From Botryllus schlosseri (lineage: Eukaryota): a stretch of 64,000 nucleotides of DNA. Shown here in pieces: positions 27,044-37,823 of the stretch (position 1 is its first letter; each line of letters opens with the position of its first letter). Below the pieces are notes generated by a model. That model had not been told where the DNA came from, did not search any database, and worked only from the letters and a program-made list of their open reading frames with translations. Where the stretch lies: NCBI GenBank assembly GCA_051294905.1, contig CM119372.1:6884001-6948000 (forward strand), in the 5' to 3' direction. A program made the translations under genes and the position numbers.

Positions 27044-27456
27044 CCAAAACCTTCAATCTGGCATGGTCGATAAATGTGACGAGCCTGTGACTGTTGCTGA
27101 CAATTCTACTTATCTAAGCGACAAATCTAAAACTCTCGAAATTAGTACCCCTCCCGTATCTACTGGTGCTTTCGACAGAGACAATAGTAAACCAAAGTCT
27201 CCAGTGGCTGTTCAGTGTTCATGGGGCTGCTACGTCCGCGAGCCCTGATAAAGACACAACTCCTGCCAGAGTTGAGGAACTTCCCAGCAATGCAAAGGAA
27301 AAGTCTTTAGCCTGTACGGAGCCTTCCGCAGAGCTTTCGTCAGTCGAGTGTCAGGATTCCCAAGAATGTGGTGTACCTCTAGGTAACGAAGAAGCGCTGT
27401 CACTGCATACCGACGAAGAGGAAATCTCGAAAGGTTCGGTATTATCTTGTAAAAAG

Positions 27457-27960
27457 GTCAGTCAGTCAGTCAGGTTTATTAATATTTTCATCGTTTCAAA
27501 ACATCACAAGACTGCGATACAATGAAAAGATAGGAGGGTGTCGAAACAACTTGGAGTAGCCATTAAGATCAGACACCCACCTTAGCCTAGGCGAAGTAAA
27601 TAAGAGGCATGCACACTGAATGAAAAGTAATGCAGAGAAATATAAGACGCAAGCGACAAAATGGGGTGGCATGTGGCGGAGGGCGAGGTCGATGTTAGGT
27701 CGTGGTCCGGTAATCCTGAAGACTGGCTAGTGTTGATTTAGAAGAAATTGCTTGTATTTCGACTTGAATGCGGACATGCTCGACGACTGACGGATAGCCG
27801 GCGAGATGCTGTTCCACAATTGGGGTCCGGCATACTTGATAGAGCAATGCGTTTTCTTGTATTCAGTCCTGATCATATGGTAGTTGTTCTTCGTTGACGC
27901 GCGTGTGCTGTACTTGTGCGCTTTTGTCTCCGAGGTGAAGTAGTCCTTGAAATTTGAGGG
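27457..27960 (-). mobile_element. 3' end of a CR1/L2-type LINE
   Basis: Minus strand encodes an ORF2 C-terminus (HKYSTRA..SIKYAGPQLWNSI..SAFKSKYK), then a 3' UTR ending in AATAAA and a (CTGA)n tail. Confidence 0.75.
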
Positions 27961-28302
27961 ACGTCATGATATTTTTCTAGGTTGCTTAGCTAACATAGTT
28001 TATGTAACGAGGGATGTACAGTACGCACAAAAAACCTTATGACGATTTTAAGTATTGAGGCTTTCGGTGTTTGGCACTGGTTTGCTCATACCTTGTTTGT
28101 GTGCCATGAAGTTATGGTTGTATTTTATTGCAATATCGAGTAGATCCTATGATGGCAGCAGAGAGTAATGAAATAATGCTGTGACCGCTGGTTACGACTT
28201 TTGATGCTGATTGCTGAATTTTTGAAGTGTGGCAAGATTGAGTGTTGCCGGTACCTGGTACGAATGTTTTTATTAAGGACGTTACGTCACAAAATGTCAA
28301 TA

Positions 28303-31032
28303 GGCCTTTTGCAGGACTTCGATCACGTGACTAGATACGCATAGCAACCGCAAATTGGTTAGCAAGCTACTTTCTCGCGCACCTGCTTCAGTGCTAAATA
28401 TCGCATAGTGTACTGTTGATTTCTGGTTGTAAACGTTTCGGAAATTTGTTGTAGAAGTCATCAGAGATTCACCTATGCTAGATGTCAATCCTGTACAAAG
28501 CATTTAGAATGATATCGTCAGAATTACGCAGAAATCCATCGGTAACGTAGTCGTATTACGGTACTCAACTCTGATCATATGTACTTAAATTTATGCATTT
28601 GAAGTAAAGCGATTGGTTTATATTCTGGTAAGAGTATTTGTTAGTTCAAGCAGTACTATTTGTCTGTTGTGGAGCCTGATTTTGGATGGAAGATATGACT
28701 GAAGCAGCCGGGACCCGCAAGGATCAGGATATACTGTCTGCTGGTTTGGGTGCTGGCATGCTGCTATAAAACAAATGTCGCTGAACATATCGGAAGTATC
28801 TTTTGGGAGATCCTGCCATCAAGACTAAGCAAAGCAGTGCACTTTATTGTTATTGTTGCCTTATACAATGCCGATTTTATTAGCACTACTTCGCAACTGC
28901 GATTGAAGTGGATTTGACAAATCACACGCGATTTTGATAAATAGTTGATGTCACATATGTGTGCTATTTAGCGAACTAAGGGAAGTAACTATCAAATAAC
29001 TCTTAAAGCAGCTCAAATGCAGTGACAAGATCGGTCATCCTATACCCAGAGGTGGTCAACGTGGTCATTGTTGGGAACCGAGTAGAAGTAATGCCTTAAT
29101 TTATACTCCAGTACAAGTAGCACTAATTACTTCCAGGACATGTACAAAGTACTTCAAGTGGAAGTAGAAATGAATTTCTGAAAAGTAGTCAAGAAATTCG
29201 TTACATGAAGTAGATTTGGTTGAGGGTCACTAAGTTTTAGAAATTGATGCCATGTGACAACTGTAAACATTGCATGTTGCATCTTCTTGATCAACGCAAA
29301 AGGGTGATGACACCACAAATAGGTGCAATTTTCAAAAAATTAATTTAGTTACCGTGGTACTGGGGCTATTTTGCACGGTTGTTACGACAATCTCACGCTT
29401 GAAGGGGATGCAATCATGCGCCAAAGCTACTTTCTAGTTGACAAAATCCCAAACCTGACAAAAAAATACTACCTAAAAAGTGTCAAGTAGAAGTGGAAGT
29501 AGCCTAAACTCATAATGACGCTAGTACTCAGGTAAAATAGTACTTCGTTGCTGACCCCGTCTGTGTATTGGTTCAACCAACTCAGAAACATCCTCTAAAG
29601 ACGACTAACATTGTTTCTTTTGCATTGACTCCGTAATATTCTGAACTTATGATATTCTTTGATTCATTGAATTTACAAATAAACTTGCAAAGAAGTGCAA
29701 TTTATTAATTTTTGTGCATTCGATACCCAGAGCATAAGAAATAGTTGAAGAAAAATGCATGCCAACCTTATCAAGTTCAATAACTGCCGAGACTCTTATG
29801 CCTATGTATTTTCCTCTACTTCCATAGCCACTTGTCTAGACAGATAGCATCCACGGAAGAGCGCTTGTCTTGCTGTACAGTGTACACAAATGAAACATCA
29901 TTTTCAAAGCAGAAATCAGCATCGGGAAAGAAGTTCAGGACAGTTAGTCAGTGGTCAGATCATCTGCTGACATTTTCTGTTGGCATGAAACCACGCTGCC
30001 TTCTACCACATGACCGAATTTTATGAGGTGATAATAATTGGCTCCAGGCTGAATTCTTGACGAGGGCATCATCAATTTCTTAGTTGCCTACGTTCGGCTC
30101 TCTTGAAATAATCCAGCAGATCATTAATTCGTATACATGTGGTATAGCCATGTCTTGAAACTCAAGATATTTGCACTGTGCCATAGAGTGAAGTAATCCA
30201 ATCCAGGCAATCAATCAAGTAATCCAGGCTTCGGGTAGTGGCACTTGGCAGCATGACAGAATGATCAATAACTTGTAATATAGGTGTAGAGGTCTAAATA
30301 TTTTGAATTTTTCAACTGAGAAGTCATACAATAGCATAGGATGTTTAATATATATATGGTATGTAGCACATTGCATGAATTCATAACACATCAACGTACT
30401 GGTACTGGCAGTCATTGTCTCTAGGCTTAAAAATAGCGGTATCCTATATATATATTGCAATCGATATCAATCATCGAAATGCTGAAATGATTACCAACTA
30501 CCACTACAATACAACTATAGTATAGTATACTATCCACACCTAACTTAATGCTGCAATAAACATCACGCAGTCAATGTCCTGCAATGTCGAATTTTGTGTC
30601 ATGAAATCATAGTTGACTACCAAATAACGGCTACAATGTCGATCATTTTGACGCAAGGAGTTTTCATGGTTCATGAATCAAAGACATCCAACATATTTGA
30701 ATCTTTGCACATTTCCATGACACTTGCGTTTTATATAAAACGTTTACAGCCCGAAAACGATAATATACTGTATCCGAAATACGGCTACGTTAACGACGGA
30801 TTTCTGCGTAATTCTGACGATATCATTCTATGTTCTTTTTACAGGATTGACATCTAGCATAGGTAAATCTCTGATGACTTCTACAACAAATTTCCGAAAC
30901 GTTTACAACCAGAAATCAACAGTACACCATGCGATATTTAGCACTGAAGCAGGTGCGCGAGAAAGTAGCTTGCTAACCAATTTGTGGTTGCTATGCGTAT
31001 CTAGTCACGTGATCGAAGTCCTGCAAAAGGCC
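28303..31032. mobile_element. Non-autonomous DNA transposon with ~260-bp TIRs, GGCC termini and TA flanks
   Basis: 28303-28560 is the near-perfect reverse complement of ~30775-31032; TA|GGCCTTTTGCAGG ... CCTGCAAAAGGCC|TA. Confidence 0.88.
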
Positions 31033-31475
31033 TATTGTGGCGCAGTGCAAGCCAGGTAAGTTATTACACCCAAATAGAAAATCTGGAAGGGCATCTGTCG
31101 CAGTCGCCCCTGCCTAGTGCCTATGCCACTGATGGGAAGCGCTGTGGTGTGTTTGGTGTACTCTGTTGACTCCTTATGACTAGATGACCTCGCCATAAAG
31201 GCCGTATCGCAACTCCGTCGTCAAAGCATCTCGACTCGATCGTGCAGGCGGAAAAAAATACCCCCCTTATAGTTTTAGGTTATTACCTGCGGTTTAAATC
31301 GACTCATCCGACCGGTTACTAGTATGGTCTGCGAATCGGTGCCGAGCGAGTTAGCAGGTATTGATGCAGTTCTGCAGACTAGTTTGTCACAACGCAATGT
31401 GAGTTTGTTTGCGTGTGATCTCCAAGCATTGTGTTTTCTTCCGTCGTCCAAAGGATCACCGACACAACCGTCAAT

Positions 31476-31545
31476 ATAGCGTAATGGTGGAGCCTCTGGC
31501 TTCTTGATCAGTAGGTCGTTGGTTCAATCCCCGAAAGGTCCAGAC
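31476..31545 (+). mobile_element. tRNA-derived SINE head, interrupted by a hAT element
   Basis: A box TAGCGTAATGG and B box GGTTCAATCC without a complete cloverleaf; the sequence resumes after 34229. Confidence 0.5.
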
Positions 31546-34221
31546 CAATGCTCCCTCTAATTTTTCAAGAGCCTGCGCAAACACGCCAACTCATTGCGCA
31601 GGCCCTCGGACAACAGTGCGCAACCACTCTCCAATATGGTGATAAAACCAACTACTGGGGGGCGTCGTCCCCCAGACCCCCTTAGCGCTCTAGGCTTTTC
31701 CCGTACTTATCTTCTACATTGGGTGCCCATTTAGTAGCCGCGTCCCTAAACGCGCGAAGCGCGAAAATTTTATATAGTTCATGATTGCATCGGACAATAT
31801 GATCGAGAATTGCATATATATTGCTATCAATTTTTATCCTCTCCCTGCTCACATAATCAGATTTACCGGTAGAGCTGATCCAGTGAGGTGTGTTGGAATA
31901 GATATGCCCTCTAAATAATAATAAAACATCTTCGGGCGTACCCGTTGATATAATGACTTCGTTACATGATGCTATTTCGTGACCCCTATCTGCTATGTCA
32001 AAAGATGTTGAAATCGTCAAAACGTACTAAAGTAAAAGACGTACACGATTTCAAATTGGTATTTCTTAACTGGAAAATAATGTTCCCTCGATATGGCATT
32101 TGTCTTGTTGTGGGACTCGGTTCGCCAGGACAGGAATATTCGGCGCCAGTCATTTAGGCGCCGATGGACATGGACAATCACACATAGGGGAGATGTGGTA
32201 CCGATGGATCACTGGGACCGAAAATACTTGAAAAATTCTTTATGATAATTCCATGATTACACTCCGTGAATTTGTCTACAATTGCATGCTGGCAGAATCT
32301 TTCCTCACATGCAAAAAAAATCGACCTGCGTGAGTTATGGGGTCTGTGACGAATGATTTACTTTTTAGGGGGTGTAAAGTAAATTTGGATCGACATTTGC
32401 ATTTTTCTATATCACCTTTCAGACTAACAAACCCGCCATAATTTTTGATGTGAAGTATAGGGCTTGTATCAGGCTATATAATGGCACATATTTTTTAAAT
32501 CAATACCATCCTCGAGTGAACTATTTTCAAGTCAATTACAATATTTATGGGGTGGGGGACCTATGGTACCATGGCAAAATCAAGCAAAATAGATGGACCA
32601 ACTAATCACTTAACAACAGAAACTCGCCTACGTATATATAGGCTGTAAATCATAGTTACCTGTGGTGTTTTATCGCTATTTCGAGGTATTTGAAAGTCAA
32701 AATGTCGATTTGCGGGTAATATGTATGTGGCATTACTTTTGTAAATTTTAGCGTAAATCAAAACAAGATTTTATGCCAACATTTGAGTTGATATAATCTA
32801 TTTTATTCTTGAAGGTCTCGACGAAACATTCTTCATTGACTTGCGGTAGCTTATCTTATAGTACACAACAAAACAAGTGAACAAATTTGAGTTTTTGAGC
32901 GTATGTCTCATAGGTCCCATGGTCGTGTGCCTTTGGACCCACCGGGTGGGAACCGATGACACGTTCGAGCAACAAATTTTAAACGTTTATAAATATTTTT
33001 TAAAAAGGCGGATATTCATGTAAATGTCTGCGATAGGTAGAGCTTGTATCGAAGTGTTGAGACAGCAAAAGATCTGCTATTCTCGGCTGAAGATTTGAGG
33101 GCCTGAGATCATTTTGCAATTTTTGATCCATCGGTACCACATCTCCCCTATATTTGTATATATCGAAGTTTTCGGTCAGCACCGGGGCAGTCTTTTTCGC
33201 CCAAGGTTTTCTCACTGCTGATCGTTCTGGCGCACTTCTTGGAGTCGCATGTTACACAGCCTTTAACTTAACATAACATAACATAACATGGTTGGGTTAT
33301 ATTTTTATCTGAACAAGTCACACACAATGTACAATGCGATAAGACACAACGCGATGTCATGAACAGATAGGAGGATGTAGAACGACACGCTTCAGTAGCG
33401 ATCCTTTACTCTAACATCCACCTCGGCCCAGAGTGCCCGATGTCACAGTTCTTTTTCGATGTTGATATGTCATGGCGCATCATGGTGCGGTAATGGCCAA
33501 CGCTTAACTATGCCCATTTCTATAAATCATGCGTAATTTTTGTTGGGAAAGTGTACCCAATAATCAGATATCTGACAATAATAAAACGCGCGTAGCGCGA
33601 AAAAAAAATCCTGAAAAATTCCAAAAAAATTCACCATGATTTATGTTAATTCTCGAAATAATTTTGGACCCCCATCGAGCTCGGCCCCTCCAATTGGGGG
33701 GGGTTTGTGTGTGAAAGTTACGGACCTGAGTAAATCTTACGCAATGTTCATGCCACGCGGAGAAGACTATTCGTTAGTTTCTCGGAGATTAACTTCGAGC
33801 TAGCCCATTAATATTTATAACTTTGTTAAACCATGTTATTTCGCCATTCCCAGAAAATAATGCGGTATTGAAATGATATCAGTATCGCTCACGCGTACGA
33901 GGCCATACTAAAAAAATATCTTCGGTGAGGCGCACGCGTGATAGTGAATTCCTATTTCTTCACGTAGCGCAATAGTTACCTTTGTGGGGCGCACTTGTAC
34001 CTCGATTTCAGACTTCAATGATAACACTATTTGGCCCTGACAATGTTCCATCTTAATTTTCACAAATCTGCGCGCCTGCGTGGTCCATTGGACAACAGTG
34101 CGCAACAACTATAAAAAAAAACATCATTTCTGATTTTTTGTACGCAGCGTAGATTTTCTGTGCGCAGAGACCGTTTCAGCACTGCGCATTTGCGCACGTG
34201 CGCAGCTTAGAGGGAACATTG
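31546..34221. mobile_element. hAT non-autonomous element
   Basis: TIR CAATGCTCCCTCTAA / TTAGAGGGAACATTG; perfect 8-bp TSD GTCCAGAC; TGCGCA subterminal repeats. Confidence 0.85.
32187..33148. mobile_element. TA-targeting MITE (pogo/mariner-like) nested in 31546-34221
   Basis: Perfect 25-bp TIR GGGGAGATGTGGTACCGATGGATCA; TA flanks. Confidence 0.85.
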
Positions 34222-34252
34222 GTCCAGACCAAAGACCTAATTTGTAACACTA

Positions 34253-35723
34253 GGCCCATTTACATGACGATCGATGACTTCGATTGACTTCGAATGACTT
34301 CGATGACTTCGATGACTCGTCGATCCGACTCTCTCGTATTCGACGAAGAGAGAAAGGCAAACAGCTTCAAGTCGACTCGAGCCTCAAGCCGTCGTGTAAT
34401 GTGGTTTACGATCGGCTTGAGTATTCGGCCATCGGCGTCCGGCGATTTTCGTTCGACGGCGCTGGTTTTTGCCGCGCGGGCTCTTGGCATCGTAATTCAT
34501 GTTTTTCATATGTTGTCGAGAAATTGGGCAAACAGGGCAAGGAAAGGCGGGGTTACTTTGTAAGTGCTCGCTTGGTTACGATGGAATGCATGTAATACAC
34601 CAGTACCGGTGTAGCAACCGTGCTCTGTTATGACAGTTTCCTTAGCGATTCCCTATGTGTTCTTTGAAATTTGGCTGGGACGCTTCGATCTGTAGTAGCC
34701 TAGTTGCTGTCATCAGTTACATAAAATGGCAAACAAGGTAAAACGTTACATCTGTATTTCTACTTCTCAGACTACAGTTCGGAAGATATGTGGATTGTAC
34801 CAGTATGTACAATTCGACTAAGACATGCATATGCATAGTGAACCGATTGAGGAAACGGCTGTGCAGTGTGCTACATCGATACGGGAATACTTGAACGATT
34901 GCTGCATTTCGTACATACTGTTCCACTGGCTAAACTGATGTGAGCGCGCGTGTCCGTGTGATGGGATGGAGCTGGTGTCTCTCCCGGGAGGATGATATGG
35001 AGATTTGTGACTCTCCTGGTGATGATGAAGCGCAGCGGTGTTGGGATTATTTCTTTGTTTTGAGTTCTGGGTTATAGTGATCTGCTGACAGTTTTTATAG
35101 ACATTCTTGGTATTGTTAACTTCCTATTTGGTATATCATGCCGACAAGATGCTTCAATAAAGTCGCTGCAGTAGTTGCTGTATCGTGGCTCTTGAGTCAC
35201 CCGCATACATGGGGTAGTCTGTTACAGAGGAGCTGCCGAACTACTAGAGGCCACGTGGGATTTGCAAGTGGGTCACTTGAGCGGTAATGACCTTATTTTG
35301 TTCGCATCGACAAGTGATGCCTGAAATATCAAAACAGTCGTTATACTCCCGCCTTCTCCAGGGCCCACCTTCGTTGACGCCGAAAAAGCTAGCTGATAAA
35401 TTACAGGCTACTTGTTGTTTTCCTCTACAATCATGATATGAACAAGATTATTTTCCTCTACAAATATCGATATTATGAGTATCTCATCCTCGATAATTTC
35501 GAGGATAAGAAACGTTTCAACGACCAAACACACATTGTCGTTGTACCTTTGCCCACCAGACTTACTACGAATATATATTTGTAAGGGGTAAAGCGACAGC
35601 CACGTCCACGATACAGCGTCCTCAAGGATCATGTAAACAGGGCCCTTTTACGAGTCAGCTCGGAGATGAGGCGTGACGTCACCGGAGACGACTTGAACGT
35701 CGAGTCGAGCATGTAACCAGGCC
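34253..35723. mobile_element. Possible PIF/Harbinger- or ISL2EU-type non-autonomous element
   Basis: Imperfect TIR GGCCCATTTACATG / CATGTAACCAGGCC with TA flanks; GACTTCGAT repeats near the left end. Confidence 0.4.
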
Positions 35724-36524
35724 TACTGATAGCCATGGCTTCCCCGTTTGGCGCTCAGCATTGCAGTGTGGTGCCAGACTTGAAAAGCCTTACAAAGCAA
35801 TATCTGCACCTTTCTTGTCCGGCGGCTTATGAACATCATGCACTTGGATCGTGTCAATGTAGGCCTATATCACGAGTCGGTGTATAGGTATACTGTATAA
35901 GCTGCGAAAACATCAAGGACAGTATTCAACGTCCTATTGGTCTGCGCAAAACGATAAACTCTTCAATTAGCCGTCGACAGTCTGGCAGATAACGCCGGCG
36001 ATTTTCTTCAGTTATGGTTATGGCTTCTAATCGATACCGTTGTAATCAGTTTAGGCCTAGCCTGACGATTAGAGAACAACTAGGAAATTCCCCGCAATTC
36101 CAGAGCAGACTAGAATTAGAACTACCGAATTCGCAAAAACCTGGAAATTGAATTGAATTCCTAACTGGCAATATATAAAATGAAGTTCAATGCATATTAA
36201 ATCAAGCTCATTCTTATCAGCACGAGAATGGCAAATATGTCTCTTCATCAAACTTGGCTCATTTTGCACTGCCACTATATACAGTTACACTCGTATGTCC
36301 TGTAGAATTTTCATGAAAACCAGAAATTATATCAGAATTAAGTTAGCGAATAGAAATATTTCACTATATTTTGTCATATCAAACAACTAGAATTTTGTGG
36401 TTGTCCAAGTGTGTCAAAGGTCTTCGTGCTAACGAGATTTGTTTGGAGAGCTAATCGGTCATATGGCGGTCCGCGTCTGTGGTATGGAAGCGACGTGACG
36501 TAATCGAAATGTCAGGACTATGAC

Positions 36525-36560
36525 TATAGATTACTAACCTACGTAGGTTAGTAATCTATA
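36525..36560. repeat. Perfect 36-bp palindrome with 7-bp TSD (probable P-element excision footprint)
   Basis: TATAGATTACTAACCTAC|GTAGGTTAGTAATCTATA flanked by CTATGAC on both sides. Confidence 0.7.
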
Positions 36561-36747
36561 CTATGACTGAGCAAATGCAAGCCCATTCAACACTGACCAG
36601 CAGTGACCACGCAATCGTGATCACTCCGTGACTGCGTGATCTACGCATGCCCTGACCTCCTTACAAGATCGACAAATCAGTTGATAATAACTTTATTAGT
36701 TCAATAATTCATATTAATACTTGTTAATACACTTAATTTAAAAATTT

Positions 36748-36845
36748 CCCGAGGGCGGAATTCACCGAGGGCCGAGTTCATCGAGGGCCGGGTTTACCGA
36801 GGGACGGGTTCACGGGACGGGTTCACCGAGGGACGGGTTCACTGG
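36748..36845. repeat. 15-bp tandem repeat (CCGAGGGACGGGTTCA-like), about 6 units
   Basis: Directly visible degenerate array. Confidence 0.75.
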
Positions 36846-37125
36846 CAACCCCCTGGCAGTACCAGTGATAAAATGATTACCAAGCTGTCAGGGGATTTAC
36901 AACATTTTCAGGTCTGTATCAGCATTAGAATCAGTGGTAAACCTATTATAAGATGATAATTATCAGGCTTGTAATGACTTGAGTAACAATTTTTTTAGTG
37001 AATAGACTTTCGTCATAATACATCAAGAAATTAGACATGACCCGATCGAAGTCCCATTGTGTGATAGCACTTCTTGTGACTTTGATACTTACAACCCTGG
37101 ATGATATTATACTTCTTTATAACAG

Positions 37126-37823
37126 GCTGGGGATTTAGTTCTGGCAGACAAAGGATTTATTATTCATGAATTGATGCCAAGTGGAGTGTCCTTGAATCTT
37201 CTACCATTTCTAGCTGGAAAAAAGCAATTTACTGAGACTGAGGCGAGGTTCTGCAAAAAGATAGCAAGTTGTCGAATACACCACATATCCGTGAATTGCC
37301 CTATAATAGATTCAAAAAAGCCCTACTTGATCACCTCTTATCGTTACACTAACACTGTTGCCCTACCTCGCCCAGACATTGCTTCATTGATCATTTGCTA
37401 CCATCGTTTAATTTTTCTTCTATTTTATTTTTTTAACTACTGTAACTTTTTTTACAGCCAGACTGTTTAGAGTCAAGTGTACCTGTTTGATGCTGGTGTG
37501 ATCAGACTAGATGACCCTCACGGTCTTATCGATCATTCCTATCTAATACCGAATACTGTGCATGCATATTTTCTGTACCACCACTGCCGTGTGTTATGTA
37601 TTTTGGTTTGATGAAAATAAAGACTCTCTCTCTCTCTCTCTCACGTGGAGAGAGCAATAGAAAGAATCCATAATTACAAAATTTTAGCTACAATCACGAG
37701 TAAGAAGAGACCATTTGTCAATCAGCTAGTACAATTATGTGGAGCTTTAGTAAATTTTCAGTCTCGAACTATTGATGGCGTATTTGATCGATACCTAAAA
37801 TCGAATGAGACAGCGCAGATATA
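37126..37823 (+). pseudogene. ISL2EU/Harbinger-type DDE transposase, C-terminal remnant
   Basis: GDLVLADKGF..LNLLPFL..QFTETE..KKIASCRIH, then (after a LINE insertion) VERAIERIHNYKIL..VQLCGALVNFQ: DDE_Tnp_4-type motifs. Confidence 0.8.
37282..37641 (+). mobile_element. LINE 3' end with (CT)n tail inserted in the transposase remnant
   Basis: Encodes HIRELPYNRFKKALLDHLL*, then 3' UTR, AATAAA and (CT)n; host frame RIH-VERAI is restored on removal. Confidence 0.65.

Larger units (their letters stand above)
15053..27456 (+). pseudogene. KANSL2: KAT8 regulatory NSL complex subunit 2-like, disrupted copy
   Basis: Exons 15053-15126 and 15195-15329 (FCSYQRHVC..YCAQHILEDEKSPFTSCEY..KRKCPNPA), ~16583-16719 (EPLRYA), 17199-17371 ([29 protein letters not shown]), ~19257-19390 (NGVNALF), 19451-19560 and 20140-20345 (second C3Hc3H finger, HILEDPHQLLYKKC..YCTLH), then an acidic low-complexity tail. 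Lesions: TAG at 17317, A-run frameshift near 19320, stop at 23083, exonic TE insertions at 20435, 23383 and 26482. Confidence 0.85.

Noticed and set aside
29047..29563. Possible nested hAT MITE (CAGAGGTGG..CCCCGTCTG with AAGTA repeats)
   Set aside because: TIR is weak and no TSD was found.
28297..31059. Two ORFs with near-identical peptides (28297-28503 minus, 30847-31059 plus)
   Set aside because: Artefact of the long TIRs; no coding signature.
31476..31545. tRNA gene call (also considered for 52696-52770)
   Set aside because: A and B boxes are present but no closed acceptor stem or anticodon arm; treated as SINE heads.
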